Under the pieces are notes generated by a model. The model had not been told where the DNA came from. It did not search any database and was given only the letters and a program-made list of their open reading frames with translations. A stretch of DNA of 64,000 nt from the human T2T-CHM13v2.0 reference genome, Homo sapiens: NCBI RefSeq assembly GCF_009914755.1, contig NC_060925.1. One strand, 5' to 3'. The position numbers and the translations under genes are program-made. Position 1 is the first letter of the stretch. Each line of letters opens with the position of its first letter. Below, one piece after another: positions 39,776 to 54,700 of the stretch.

Positions 39776-42700
39776 TTGAGGCCTTCGTGGAAACGGGATT
39801 TCTTCCTATTCTGCTAGACAGAAGAATTCTCAGTAACTTCCTTGTGTTGTGTGTATTCAACTCACAGAGTTGAACGATCCTTTACACAGAGCAGACTTGA
39901 AACACTCTTTTTGTGGAATTTGCAAGTGGAGATTTCAGCCGCTTTGAGGTCAATGGTAGAAAAGGAAATATCTTCGTATAAAGACTAGACAGAATGATTC
40001 TCAGAAACTCCTTTGTGATGTGTGCGTTCAACTCACAGAGTTTAACTTTTCTTTTCATAGAGCAGTTAGGAAACACTCTGTTTGTAAAGTCTGCAAGTGG
40101 ATATTCAGACCTCTTTGAGGCCTTCGTTGGAAACGGGATTTCTTCATATTATGCTAGACAGAAGAATTCTCAGTAACTTCCTTGTGTTGTGTGTATTCAA
40201 CTCACAGAGTTGAACGATCCTTTACACAGAGCAGACTTGAAACATTCTTTTTGTGGAATTTGCAAGTGGAGATTTCAGCCGCTTTGAGGTCAATGGTAGA
40301 ATAGGAAATATCTTCCTATAGAAACTAGACAGAACGATTCTCAGAAACTCCATTGTGATGTGTGCGTTCAACTCACAGAGTTTAACCTTTCTTTTCATAG
40401 AGCAGTTAGGAAACACTCTGTTTGTAAAGTCTGCAAGTGGATATTCAGACCTCTTTGAGGCCTTCGTTGGAAACGGGATTTCTTCCTATTCTGCTAGACA
40501 GAAGAATTCTCAGTAACTTCCTTGTGTTGTGTGTATTCAACTCACAGAGTTGAACGATCCTTTACACAGAGCAGACTTGAAACACTCTTTTTGTGGAATT
40601 TGCAAGTGGAGATTTCAGCCGCATTGAGGTCAATAGTAGAAAAGGAAATATCTTCGTAGAAAAACTAGACAGAATGATTGTCAGAAACTCCTTTGTGATG
40701 TGTGTGTTCAACTCACAGAGTTTAAGCTTTCTTTTCATAGAGCAGTTAGTAAACACTCTGTTTATAAAGTCTGCAAGTGGATATTCAGACCCCTTTGAGG
40801 CCTTCGTTGGAAACGGGATTTCTTCATATTATGCTAGACAGAAGAATTCTCAGTAACTTCCTTGTGTTGTGTGTATTCAACTGACAGAGTTGAACTTTCA
40901 TTTAGAGAGAGCAGATTTGAAACACTGTTTTTGTGGAATTTGCAATTGGAGATTTCAAGCGCTTTGGGGCCAAAGGCAGAAAAGGAAATATCTTCGTATA
41001 AAAACTAGACAGAATCATTCTCAGAAACTGCTGCGTGATGTGTGCGTTCAACTCTCAGAGTTTAACTTTTCTTTTCATTCAGCGGTTTGGAAACACTCTG
41101 TTTGTAAAGTCTGCACGTGGATATTTTGACCACTTAGAGGCCTTCGTTGGAAACGGGTTTTTTTCATGTAAGGCTAGACAGAAGAATTCCCAGTAACTTC
41201 CTTGTGTTGTGTGCATTCAACTCACAGAGTTGAACGTTCCCTTAGACAGAGCAGATTTGAAACACTCTATTTCTGCAATTTGCAAGTGTAGTTTTTAAGC
41301 TCTTTAAGGTCAACGGCAGAAAAGGAAATATCTTCGTTTCAAAACTAGACAGAATCATTCCCACAAACTGCGTTGTGATGTGTTCGTTCAACTCACAGAG
41401 TTTAACCTTTCTGTTCATAGAGCAGTTAGGAAACACTCTGTAACGTCTGTAAGTGGATATTCTGACATCTTGTGGCCTTCGTTGGAAACGGGATTTCTTC
41501 ATATTCTGCTAGAAAGAAGAATTCTCAGTAACTTCCTTGTGTTGTGTGTATTCAACTCACAGAGTTGAACGATCCTTTACACAGTGCAGACTTCAAACAC
41601 TCTTTTTGTGGAATTTGCAAGTGGAGATTTCAGCCGCTTTGAGGTCAATGGTAGAAAAGGAAACTATCTTCATATAAAGACTAGACAGAATGATTCTCAG
41701 AAAATCTTTTGTGATGTGTGCGTTCAACTCACAGAGTTTAACTTTTCTTCTCATAGAGCAGTTAGGAAACACTCTGTTTGTAAAGTGTGCAAGTGGATAT
41801 TCAGACCTCTTTGAGGCCTTCGTTGGAAACGGGATTTCTTCATATTATGCTAGACAGAATAATTCTCAGTAACTTCCTTGTGTTGTGTGTATTCAACTCA
41901 CAGAGTTGAAGGATCCTTTACAGAGAGCAGGCTTGAAACACTCTTTTTGTGGAATTTGCAAGTGGAGATTTCAGCCGCTTTGAGGTCAATGGTAGAATAG
42001 GAAATATCTTCTTATAGAAACTAGACAGAATGATTCTCATAAACTCCTTTGTGATGTGGGCGTTCAACTCACAGAGTTTAACCTTTCTTTTCATAGAGCA
42101 GTTAGGAAACACTCTGTTTGTAAAGTCTGCAAGTGGATATTCAGACCTACTTGAGGCCTTCGTTGGAAACGGGATTTCTTCATATTCTGCTAGACAGAAG
42201 AATTCTCAGTAACTTCCTTGTGTTGTGTTTATTCAACTCACAGAGTTGAATGATCCTTTACACAGAGCAGACTTGAAACACTCTTTTTGTGGAATTTGCA
42301 AGTGGAGATTTCAGCCGCTTTGAGGTCAATGGTAGAAAAGTAAATATCTTCGTATAAAGACTAGACAGAATGATTCTCAGAAACTCCTTTGTGATGTGTG
42401 CGTTCAACTCACAGAGTTTAACCTTTCTGTTCATAGAGCAGTTAGGAAACACTCTGTTTTTAAAGTCTGCAAGTGGATATTCAGACCTCCTTGAGGCCTT
42501 CATTGGAAACGGGATTTCTTCATATTCTGCTAGACAGAAGAATTCTCAGTAACTTCCTTGTGTTGTGTGTATTCAACTCACAGAGTTGAATGATCCTTTA
42601 CACAGAGCAGACTTGAAACACTCTTTTTGTGGAATTTGCAAGTGGAGATTTCAGCCGCTTTGAGGTCAATGGTAGAAAAGGAAATATCTTCGTATAAAGA

Positions 42701-45700
42701 CTAGACAGAATGATTCTCAGAAACTCCTTTGTGATGTGTGCGTTCAACTCACAGAGTTTAACTTTTCTTTTCATAGAGCAGTTAGGAAACACTCTGTTTG
42801 TAAAGTCTGCAAGTGGATATTCAGACCTCTTTGAGGCCTTCGTTGGAAACGGGATTTCTTCATATTCTGCTAGACAGAAGAATTCTCAGTAACTTCCTTG
42901 TGTTGTGTGTATTCAACTCACAGAGTTGAAGGATCCTTTACAGAGAGCAGGCTTGAAACACTCTTTTTGTCGAATTTGCAAGTGGAGATTTCAGCCGCTT
43001 TGAGGTGAATGGTAGAATAGGAAATATCTTCTTATAGAAACTAGACAGAATGATTCTCATAAACTCCTTTGTGATGCGTGCGTTCAACTCACAGAGTTTA
43101 ACCTTTCTTTTCATAGAGCAGTTAGGAAACACTCTGTTTGTAAAGTCTGCAAGTGGATATTCAGACCTCCTTGAGGCCTTCGTTGGAAACGGGATTTCTT
43201 CATATTCTGCTAGACAGAAGAATTCTCAGTAACTTCCTTCTGTTGTGTTTATTCAACTCACAGAGTTGAATGATCCTTTACACAGAGCAGACTTGAAACA
43301 CTCTTTTTGTGGAAATTGCAAGTGGAGATTTCAGCCGCTTTGAGGTCAATGGTAGAAAAGTAAATATCTTCGTAAAAAGACTAGACATAATGATTCTCAG
43401 AAACTCCTTTGTGATGTGTGCGTTCAACTCACAGAGTTTAACCTTTCTGTTCATAGAGCAGTTAGGAAACACTCTGTTTGTAAAGTCTGCAAGTGGATAT
43501 TCAGACCTCCTTGAGGCCTTCGTTGGAAACGGGATTTCTTCATATTCTGCTAGACAGAAGAATTCTCAGTAACTTCCTTGTGTTGTGTGTATTCAACTCA
43601 CAGAGTTGAACGATCCTTTACACAGAGCAGACTTGAAACACTCTTTTTGTGGAATTTGCAAGTGAAGATTTCAGCCGCTTTGAGGGCAATAGTAGAAAAG
43701 GAAACATCTTCGTAGAAAAACTAGACAGAATGATTCTCAGAAACTCCTTTGTGATGTGTGTGTTCAACTCACAGAGTTTAACCTTTCTTTTCATAGAGCA
43801 GTTAGTAAACACTCTGTTTATAAAGTCTGCAAGTGGATATTCAGACCCCTTTGAGGCCTTCGTTGGAAACGGGATTTCTTCATATTATGCCAGACAGAAG
43901 AATTCTCAGTAACTTCCTTGTGTTGTGTGTATTCAACTGACAGAGCTGAACTTTCATTTACAGAGAGCAGATTTGAAACACTGTTTTTGTGGAATTTGCA
44001 AGTGGAGATTTCAAGCGCTTTGGGGCCAAAGGCAGAAAAGGAAATATCTTCGTATAAAAACTAGACAGAATCATTCTCATAAACTGCTGCGTGATGTGTG
44101 CGTTCAACTCTCAGAGTTTAACTTTTCTTTTCATTCAGCGGTTTGGAAACACTCTGTTTGTAAAGTCTGCACTTGGATATTTTGACCACTTAGAGGCCTT
44201 CGTTGGAAACGGGTTTTTTTTCATGTAAGGCTAGACAGAAGAATTCCCAGTAACTTCCTTGTGTTGTGTGCATTCAACTCACAGAGTTGAACGTTCCATT
44301 AGACAGAGCAGATTTGAAACACTCTATTTGTGCAATTTGCAAGTGTAGATTTCAAGCGCTTTAAGGTCAATGGCAGAAAAGGAAATATCTTCGTTTCAAA
44401 ACTAGACAGAATCATTCCCACAAACTGCCTTGTGATGTGTTCGTTCAACTCACAGAGTTTAACCTTTCTATTCATAGAGCAGTTAGGAAACACTCTGTAA
44501 CGTCTGTAAGTGGATATTCTGACATCTTGTGGCCTTCGTTGGAAACGGGATTTCTTCATATTCTGCTAGACAGAAGAATTCTCAGTAACTTCCTTGTGTT
44601 GTGTGTATTCAACTCACAGAGTTGAACGATCCTTTACACAGAGCAGACTTGAAACACTCTTTTTGTGGAATTTGCAAGTGGAGATTTCAGCCGCTTTGAG
44701 GTCAATGGTAGAAAAGGAAACTATCTTCATATAAAGACTAGACAGAATGATTCTCAGAAAATCATTTGTGATGTGTGCGTTCAACTCACAGAGTTTAACT
44801 TTTCTTCTCATAGAGCAGTTAGGAAACACTCTGTTTGTAAAGTCTGCAAGTGGATATTCAGACCTCTTTGAGGCCTTCGTTGGAAACGGGATTTCTTCAT
44901 ATTCTGCTAGACAGAAGAATTCTCAGTAACTTCCTTGTGTTGTGTGTATTCAACTCACAGAGTTGAATGACCCTTTACACAGAGTAGACTTGAAACACTC
45001 TTTTTGTGGAATTTGCAAGTGGAGATTTCAGCCGCTTTGTGGTCAATGGTAGAATAGGAAATATCTTCCTATAGAAACTAGACAGAATGATTCTCAGAAA
45101 CTCCTTTGTGATGTGTGCGTTCAACTCACAGAGTTTAAACTTTCTTTTCATAGAGCAGTTAGGAAACACTCTGTTTGTAAAGTCTGCAAGCGGATATTCA
45201 GACCTCTTTGAAGCCTTCGTTGGAAACGGGATTTCTTCATATTCTGCTAGACAGAAGAATTCTCAGTAACTTCCTTGTGTTGTGTGTATTCAACTCACAG
45301 AGATGAACGATCCTTTACACAGAGCAGACTTGAAACACTCCTTTTGTGGAATTTGCAAGTGGAGATTTCAGCCGCTTTGAGGTCAATGGTAGAAAAGGAA
45401 TCTATCTTCGTATAAAGACTAGACAGAATGATTCCCACAAAATCCTTTGTGATGTGTGCGTTCAACTCACAGAGTTTAAACTTTCTTTTCATAGAGCAGT
45501 TAGGAAACACTCTGTTTGTAAAGTCTGCAAGCGGATATTCAGACCTCTTTGAAGCCTTCGTTGGAAACGGGATTTCTTCATATTCTGCTAGACAGAAGAA
45601 TTCTCAGTAACTTCCTTGTGTTGTGTGTATTCAACTCACAGAGTTGAAGGATCCTTTACAGAGAGCAGGCTTGAAACACTCTTTTTGTCGAATTTGCAAG

Positions 45701-48700
45701 TGGAGATTTCAGCCGCTTTGAGGTCAATGGTAGAATAGGAAATATCTTCTTATAGAAACTAGACAGAATGATTCTCATAAGCTCCTTTGTGATGTGTGCG
45801 TTCAACTCACAGAGTTTAACCTTTCTTTTCATAGAGCAGTTAGGAAACACTCTGTTTGTAAAGTCTGCAAGTGGATATTCAGACCTCCTTGAGGCCTTCG
45901 TTGGAAACGGGATTTCTTCATATTCTGCTAGACAGAAGAATTCTCAGTAACTTCCTTCTGTTGTGTTTATTCTACTCACAGAGTTGAATGATCCTTTACA
46001 CAGAGCAGACTTGAAACACTCTTTTTGTGGAATTTGCAAGTGGAGATTTCAGCCGCTTTGAGGTCAACGGTAGAAAAGTAAATATCTTCGTATAAAGACT
46101 AGACAGAATGATTCTCAGAAACTCCTTTGTGATGTGTGCGTTCAACTCACAGAGTTTAACCTTTCTGTTCATAGAGCTGTTAGGAAACACTCTGTAAAGT
46201 CTGCAAGTGGATATTCAGACCTCCTTGAGGCCTTCGTTGGAAACGGGATTTCTTCATATTCTGCTAGACAGAAGAATTCTCAGTAACTTCCTTGTGTTGT
46301 GTGTATTCAACTCACAGAGTTGAACAATCCTTTACACAGAGCAGACTTGAAACACTCTTTTTGTGGAATTTGCAAGTGGAGATTTCAGCCGCTTTGAGGT
46401 CAATGGTAGAATAGGAAATATCTTCCTATAGAAACTAGACAGAACGATTCTCAGAAACTCCTTTGTGATGTGTGCGTTCAACTCACAGAGTTTAACCTTT
46501 CTGTTCATAGAGCAGTTAGGAAACACTCTATTTGTAAAGTCTGCAAGTGGATATTCAGACCTCTTTGAGGCCTTCGTTGGAAACGGGATTTCTTCATATT
46601 CTGCTAGACAGAAGAATTCTCAGTAACTTCCTTGTGTTGTGTGTATTCAACTCACAGAGTTGAACGATCCTTTACACAGAGCAGACTTGAAACACTCTTT
46701 TTGTGGAATTTGCAAGTGGAGATTTCAGCCGCTTTCAGGTCAATAGTAGAAAAGGAAATATCTTCGTAGAAAAACTAGACAGAATGATTCTCAGAAACTG
46801 CTTTGTGATGTGTGTGTTCAACTCACAGAGTTTAACCTTTCTTTTCATAGAGCAGTTAGTAAACACTCTGTTTATAAAGTCTGCAAGTGGATATTCAGAC
46901 CCCTTTGAGGCCTTCGTTGGAAACGGGATTTCTTCATATTATGCTAGACAGAAGAATTCTCAGTAACTTCCTTGTGTTGTGTGTATTCAACTGACAGAGT
47001 TGAACTTTCATTTAGAGAGAGCAGATTTGAAACACTGTTTTTGTGGAATTTGCAATTGGAGATTTCAAGCGCTTTGGGGCCAAAGGCAGAAAAGGAAATA
47101 TCTTCGTATAAAAACTAGACAGAATCATTCTCAGAAACTGCTGCGTGATGTGTGCGTTCAACTCTCAGAGTTTAACTTTTCTTTTCATTCAGCGGTTTGG
47201 AAACACTCTGTTTGTAAAGTCTGCACGTAGATATTTTGACCACTTAGAGGCCTTCGTTGGAAACGGGTTTTTTTCATGTAAGGCTAGACAGAAGAATTCC
47301 CAGTAACTTCCTTGTGTTGTGTGCATTCAACTCACAGAGTTGAACGTTCCCTTAGACAGAGCAGATTTGAAACACTCTATTTGTGCAATTTGCAAGTGTA
47401 GATCTCAAGCGCTTTAAGGTCAATGGGAGAAAAGGAAATATCTTCGTTTCAAAACTAGACAGAATCATTCCCACAAACTGCGTTGTGATGTGTTCGTTCA
47501 ACTCACAGAGTTTAACCTTTCTGTTCATACAGCAGTTAGGAAACACTCTGTTTGTAAAGTCTGCAAGTGGATATTCAGACCTCCTTGAGGCCTTCGTTGG
47601 AAACGGGATTTCTTCATATTCTGCTAGACAGAAGAATTCTCAGTAACTTCCTTGTGTTGTGTTTATTCAACTCACAGAGTTGAATGATCCTTTACACAGA
47701 GCAGACTTGAAACACTCTTTTTGTGGAATTTGCAAGTGGAGATTTCAGCCGCTTTGAGGTCAATGGTAGAAAAGTAAATATCTTCGTATAAAGACTAGAC
47801 AGAATGATTCTCATAAACTCCTTTGTGATGTGTGCGTTCAACTCACAGAGTTTAACCTTTCTGTTCATAGAGCAGTTAGGAAACACTCTGTTTGTAAAGT
47901 CTGCAAGTGGATATTCAGACCTCTTTGAGGCCTTCGTTGGAAACGGGATTTCTTCATATTCTGCTAGACAGAAGAATTCTCAGTAACTTCCTTGTGTTGT
48001 GTGTATTCAACTGACAGAGTTGAACTTTCATTTGGAGAGAGCAGATTTGAAACACTGTTTTTGTGGAATTTGCAAGTGGAGATTTCAAGCGCTTTGGGGC
48101 CAAAGGCAGAAAAGGAAATATCTTCGTATAAAAACTAGACAGAATCATTCTCAGAAACTGCTGCGTGATGTGTGCGTTCAACTCTCAGAGTTTAACTTTT
48201 CTTTTCATTCAGCGGTTTGGAAACACTCTGTTTGTAAAGTCTGCACGTGGATATTTTGACCACTTAGAGGCCTTCGTTGGAAACGGGTTTTTTTCATGTA
48301 AGGCTAGACAGAAGAATTCCCAGTAACTTCCTTGTGTTGTGTGCATTCAACTCACAGAGTTGAACGTTCCCTTAGACAGAGCAGATTTGAAACACTCTAT
48401 TTGTGCAATTTGCAAGTGTAGATTTCAAGCGCTTTAAGGTCAACGGCAGAAAAGGAAATACCTTCGTTTCAAAACTAGACAGAATCATTCCCACAAACTG
48501 CGTTGTGATGTGTTCGTTCAACTCACAGAGTTTAACCTTTCTGTTCATAGAGCAGTTAGGAAACACTCTGTTTGTAAAGTCTGTAAGTGGATATTCTGAC
48601 ATCTTGTGGCCTTCGTTGGAAACGGGATTTCTTCATATTCTGCTAGACAGAAGAATTCTCAGTAACTTCCTTGTGTTGTGTGTATTCAACTCACAGAGTT

Positions 48701-51700
48701 GAACGATCCTTTACACAGAGCAGACTTGAAACACTCTTTTTGTGGAATTTGCAAGTGGAGATTTCAGCCGCTTTGAGGTCAATGGTAGAAAAGGAAACTA
48801 TCTTCATATAAAGACTAGACAGAATGATTCTCAGAAAATCTTTTGTGATGTGTGCGTTCAACTCACAGAGTTTAACTTTTCTTCTCATAGAGCAGTTAGG
48901 AAACACTCTGTTTGTAAAGTCTGCAAGTGGATGTTCAGACCTCTTTGAGGCCTTCGTTGGAAACGGGATTTCTTCAAATTATGCTAGACAGAATAATTCT
49001 CAGTAACTTCCTTGTGTTCTGTGTATTCAACTCACAGAGTTGAAGGATCCTTTACAGAGAGCAGGCTTGAAACACTCTTTTTGTAGAATTTGCAAGTGGA
49101 GATTTCAACCGCTTTGAGGTCAATGGTAGAATAGGAAATATCTTCTTATAGAAACTAGACAAAATGATTCTCATGAACTCCTTTGTGATGTGTGCGTTCA
49201 ACTCACAGAGTTTAACCTTTCTTTTCATAGAGCAGTTAGGAAACACTCTGTTTGTAAAGTCTGCAAGTGGATATTCAGACCTCCTTGAGGCCTTCGTTGG
49301 AAACGGGATTTCTTCATATTCTGCTAGACAGAAGAATTCTCAGTAACTTCCTTGTGTTGTGTTTATTCAACTCACAGAGTTGAATGATCCTTTACACAGA
49401 GCAGACTTGAAACACTCTTTTTGTGGAATTTGCAAGTGGAGATTTCAGCCGCTTTGAGGTCAATGGTAGAAAAGTAAATATCTTCGTATAAAGACTAGAC
49501 AGAATGATTCTCAGAAACTCCTTTGTGATGTGTGCGTTCAACTCACAGAGTTTAACCTTTCTGTTCATAGAGCAGTTAGGAAACACTCTGTTTGTAAAGT
49601 CTGCAAGTGGATATTCAGACCTCCTTGAGGCCTTCGTTGGAAACGGGATTTCTTCATATTCTGCTAGACAGAAGAATTCTCAGTAACTTCCTTGTGTTGT
49701 GTGTATTCAACTCACAGAGTTGAACGATCCTTTACACAGAGCAGACTTGAAACACTCTTTTTGTGGAATTTGCAAGTGGAGATTTCAGCCGATTTGAGGT
49801 CAATGGTAGAATAGGAAATATCTTCCTATAGAAACTAGACAGAATGATTCTCAGAAACTCCTTTGTGATGTGTGTGTTCAACTCACAGAGTTTAACCTTT
49901 CTTTTCATAGAGCAGTTAGGAAACACTCTGTTTGTAAAGTCTGCAAGTGGATATTCAGACCTCTTTGAGGCCTTCGTTGGAAACGGGATTTCTTCATATT
50001 CTGCTAGACAGAAGAATTCTCAGTAACTTCCTTGTGTTGTGTGTATTCAACTCACAGAGTTGAACGATCCTTTACACAGAGCAGACTTGAAACACTCTTT
50101 TTGTGGAATTTGCAAGTGGAGATTTCAGCCGCTTTGAGGTCAATAGTAGAAAAGGAAATATCTTCGTAGAAAAACTAGACAGAATGATTCTCAGAAACTC
50201 CTTTGTGATGTGTGTGTTCAACTCACAGAGTTTAACCTTTCTTTTCATAGAGCAGTTAGTAAACACTCTGTTTATAAAGTCTGCAAGTGGATACTCAGAC
50301 CCCTTTGAGGCCTTCGTTGGAAACGGGATTTCTTCATATTATGCTAGACAGAAGAATTCTCAGTAACTTCCTTGTGTTGTGTGTATTCAACTGACAGAGT
50401 TGAACTTTCATTTAGAGAGAGCAGATTTGAAACACTGTTTTTGTGGAATTTGCAAGTAGAGATTTCAAGCGCTTTGGGGCCAAAGGCAGAAAAGGAAATA
50501 TCTTCGTATAAAAACTAGACAGAATCATTCTCAGAAACTGCTGCGTGATGTGTGCGTTCAACTCTCAGAGTTTAACTTTTCTTTTTATTCAGCGGTTTGG
50601 AAACACTCTGTTTGTAAAGTCTGCACGTGGATATTTTGACCACTTAGAGGCCTTCGTTGGAAACGGGTTTTTTTCATGTAAGGCTAGACAGAAGAATTCC
50701 CAGTAACTTCCTTGTGTTGTGTGCATTCAACTCACAGAGTTGAACGTTCCCTTAGACAGAGCAGATTTGAAACAGCCTATTTGTGCAATTTGCAAGTGTA
50801 GATTTCAAGCGCTTTAAGGTCAACGGCAGAAAAGGAAATATCTTCCTTTCAAAACTAGACAGAATCATTCCCACAAACTGCGTTGTGATGTGTTCGTTCA
50901 ACTCACAGAGTTTAACCTTTCTGTTCATAGAGCAGTTAGGAAACACTCTGTTTGTAAAGTCTGTGAGTGGATATTCTGACATCTTGTGGCCTTCGTTGGA
51001 AACGGGATTTCTTCATATTCTGCTAGACAGAAGAATTCTCAGTAACTTCCTTGTGTTGTGTGTATTCAACTCACAGAGTTGAACGATCCTTTACACAGAG
51101 CAGACTTGAAACACTCTTTTTGTGGAATTTGCAAGTGGAGATTTCAGCCGCTTTGAGGTCAATGGTAGAAAAGGAAACTATCTTCATATAAAGACTAGAC
51201 AGAATGATTCTCAGAAAATCTTTTGTGATGTGTGCGTTCAACTCACAGAGTTTAACTTTTCTTCTCATAGAGCAGTTAGGAAACACTCTGTTTGTAAAGT
51301 CTGCAAGTGGATATTCAGACCTCTTTGAGGCCTTCGTTGGAAACGGGATTTCTTCATATTCTGCTAGACAGAAGAATTCTCACTAACTTCCTTGTGTTGT
51401 GTGTATTCAACTCACAGAGTTGAAGGATCCTTTACAGAGAGCAGGCTTGAAACACTCTTTTTGTCGAATTTGCAAGTGGAGATTTCAGCCGCTTTGAGGT
51501 GAATGGTAGAATAGGAAATATCTTCTTATAGAAACTAGACAGAATGATTCTCATAAACTCCTTTGTGATGTGTGCGTTCAACTCACAGAGTTTAACCTTT
51601 CTTTTCATAGAGCAGTTAGGAAACACACTGTTTGTAAAGTCTGCAAGTGGATATTCAGACCTCCTTGAGGCCTTCGTTGGAAACGGGATTTCTTCATATT

Positions 51701-54700
51701 CTGCTAGACAGAAGAATTCTCAGTAACTTCCTTGTGTTGTGTTTATTCAACTCACAGAGTTGAATGATCCTTTACACAGAGCAGACTTGAAACACTCTTT
51801 TTGTGGAATTTGCAAGTGGAGATTTCAGCCGCTTTGAGGTCAATGGTAGAAAAGTAAATATCTTCGTATAAAGACTAGACAGAATGATTCTCAGAAACTC
51901 CTTTGTGATGTGTGCGTTCAACTCACAGAGTTTAACCTTTCTGTTCATAGAGCAGTTAGGAAACACTCTGTTTGTAAAGTCTGCAAGTGGATATTCAGAC
52001 CTCCTTGAGGCCTTCGTTGGAAACGGGATTTCTTCATATTCTGCTAGACAGAAGAATTCTCAGTAACTTCCTTGTGTTGTGTGTATTCAACTCACAGAGT
52101 TGAACGATCCTTTACACAGAGCAGACTTGAAACACTCTTTTTGTGGAATTTGCAAGTGGAGATTTCAGCCGATTTGAGGTCAATGGTAGAATAGGAAATA
52201 TCTTCCTATAGAAACTAGACAGAATGATTCTCAGAAACTCCTTTGTGATGTGTGCGTTCAACTCACAGAGTTTAACCTTTCTTTTCATAGAGCAGTTAGG
52301 AAACACTCTGTTTGTAAAGTCTGCAAGTGGATATTCAGACCTCTTTGAGGCCTTCGTTGGAAACGGGATTTCTTCATATTCTGCTAGACAGAAGAATTCT
52401 CAGTAACTTCCTTGTGTTGTGTGTATTCAACTCACAGAGTTGAACGATCCTTTACACAGAGCAGACTTGAAACACTCTTTTTGTGGAATTTGCAAGTGGA
52501 GATTTCAGCCGCTTTGAGGTCAATAGTAGAAAAGGAAATATCTTCGTAGAAAAACTAGACAGAATGATTCTCAGAAACTCCTTTGTGATGTGTGTGTTCA
52601 ACTCACAGAGTTTAACCTTTCTTTTCATAGAGCAGTTAATAAACACTCTGTTTATAAAGTCTGCAAGTGGATATTCAGACCCCTTTGAGGCCTTCGTTGG
52701 AAACGGGATTTCTTCATATTATGCTAGACAGAAGAATTCTCAGTAACTTCCTTGTGTTGTGTGTATTCAACTGACAGAGTTGAACTTTCATTTAGAGAGA
52801 GCAGATTTGAAACACTGTTTTTGTGGAATTTGCAAGTGGAGATTTCAAGCGCTTTGGGGCCAAAGGCAGAAAAGGAAATATCTTCGTATAAAAACTCAGC
52901 AGAATCATTCTCAGAAACTGCTGCGTGATGTGTGCGTTCAACTCTCAGAGTTTAACTTTTCTTTTCATTCAGCGGTTTGGAAACACTCTGTTTGTAAAGT
53001 CTGCACGTGGATATTTTGACCACTTAGAGGCCTTCGTTGGAAACGGGTTTTCTTCATGTAAGGCTAGACAGAAGAATTCCCAGTAACTTCCTTGTGTTGT
53101 GTGCATTCAACTCACAGAGTTGAACGTTCCCTTAGACAGAGCAGATTTGAAACACTCTATTTGTGCAATTTGCAAGTGTAGATTTCAAGCGCTTTAAGGT
53201 CAATGGCAGAAAAGGAAATTTCTTCGTTTCAAAACTAGACAGAATCATTCCCACAAACTGCGTTGTGATGTGTTCGTTCAACTCACAGAGTTTAACCTTT
53301 CTGTTCATAGAGCAGTTAGGAAACACTCTGTTTGTAAAGTCTGCAAGTGGATATTCAGACCTCCTTGAGGCCTTCGTTGGAAACGGGATTTCTTCATATT
53401 CTGCTAGACAGAATAATTCTCAGTATCTTCCTTGTGTTGTGTGTATTCAACTCAGAGAGTTGAACGATCCTTTACACAGAGCAGACTTGAAACACTCTTT
53501 TTGTGGAGTTTGCAAGTGGAGATTTCAGCCGCTTTGATGTCAATGGTAGAAAAGGAAATATCTTCGTATAAAGACTAGACAGAATGATTCTCAGAAACTC
53601 TTTTGTGATGTGTGCGTTCAACTCACAGAGTTTAACCTTTCTGTTCATAGAGCAGTTAGGAAACACTCTGTTTGTAAAGTCTGCAAGTGGATATTCAGAC
53701 CTCCTTGAGGCCTTCGTTGGAAACGGGATTTCTTCATATTCTGCTAGACAGAAGAATTCTCAGTAACTTCCTTGTGTTGTGTGTATTCAACTCACAGAGT
53801 TGTACGATCCTTTACACAGAGCAGACTTGAAACACTCTTTTTGTTGAATTTGCAAGTGGAGATTTCAGCCGCTTTGAGGTCAATGGTAGAAAAGGAAATA
53901 TCTTCGTATAAAGACTAGACAGAATGATTCTCAGAAACTCCTTTGTGATGTGTGTGTTCAACTCACAGAGTTTAACCTTTCTTTTCATAGAGCAGTTAGT
54001 AAACACTCTGTTTATAAAGTCTGCAAGTGGATATTCAGACCCCTTTGAGGCCTTCGTTGGAAACGGGATTTCTTCATATTATGCTAGACAGAAGAATTCT
54101 CAGTAACTTCCTTGTGTTGTGTGTATTCAACTGACAGAGTTGAACTTTCATTTGGAGAGAGCAGATTTGAAACACTGTTTTTGTGGAATTTGCAAGTGGA
54201 GATTTCAAGCGCTTTGGGGCCAAAGGCAGAAAAGGAAATATCTTCGTATAAAAACTAGACAGAATCATTCTCAGAAACTGCTGCGTGATGTGTGCGTTCA
54301 ACTCTCAGAGTTTAACTTTTCTTTTCATTCAGCGGTTTGGAAACACTCTGTTTGTAAAGTCTGCACGTGGATATTTTGACCACTTAGAGGCCTTCGTTGG
54401 AAACGGGTTTTTTTCATGTAAGGCTAGACAGAAGAATTCCCAGTAACTTCCTTGTGTTGTGTGCATTCAACTCACAGAGTTGAACGTTCCCTTAGACAGA
54501 GCAGATTTGAAACACTCTATTTGTGCAATTTGCAAGTGTAGATTTCAAGCGCTTTAAGGTCAACGGCAGAAAAGGAAATATCTTCGTTTCAAAACTAGAC
54601 AGAATCATTCCCACAAACTGCGTTGTGATGTGTTCGTTCAACTCACAGAGTTTAACCTTTCTGTTCATAGAGCAGTTAGGAAACACTCTGTTTGTAAAGT

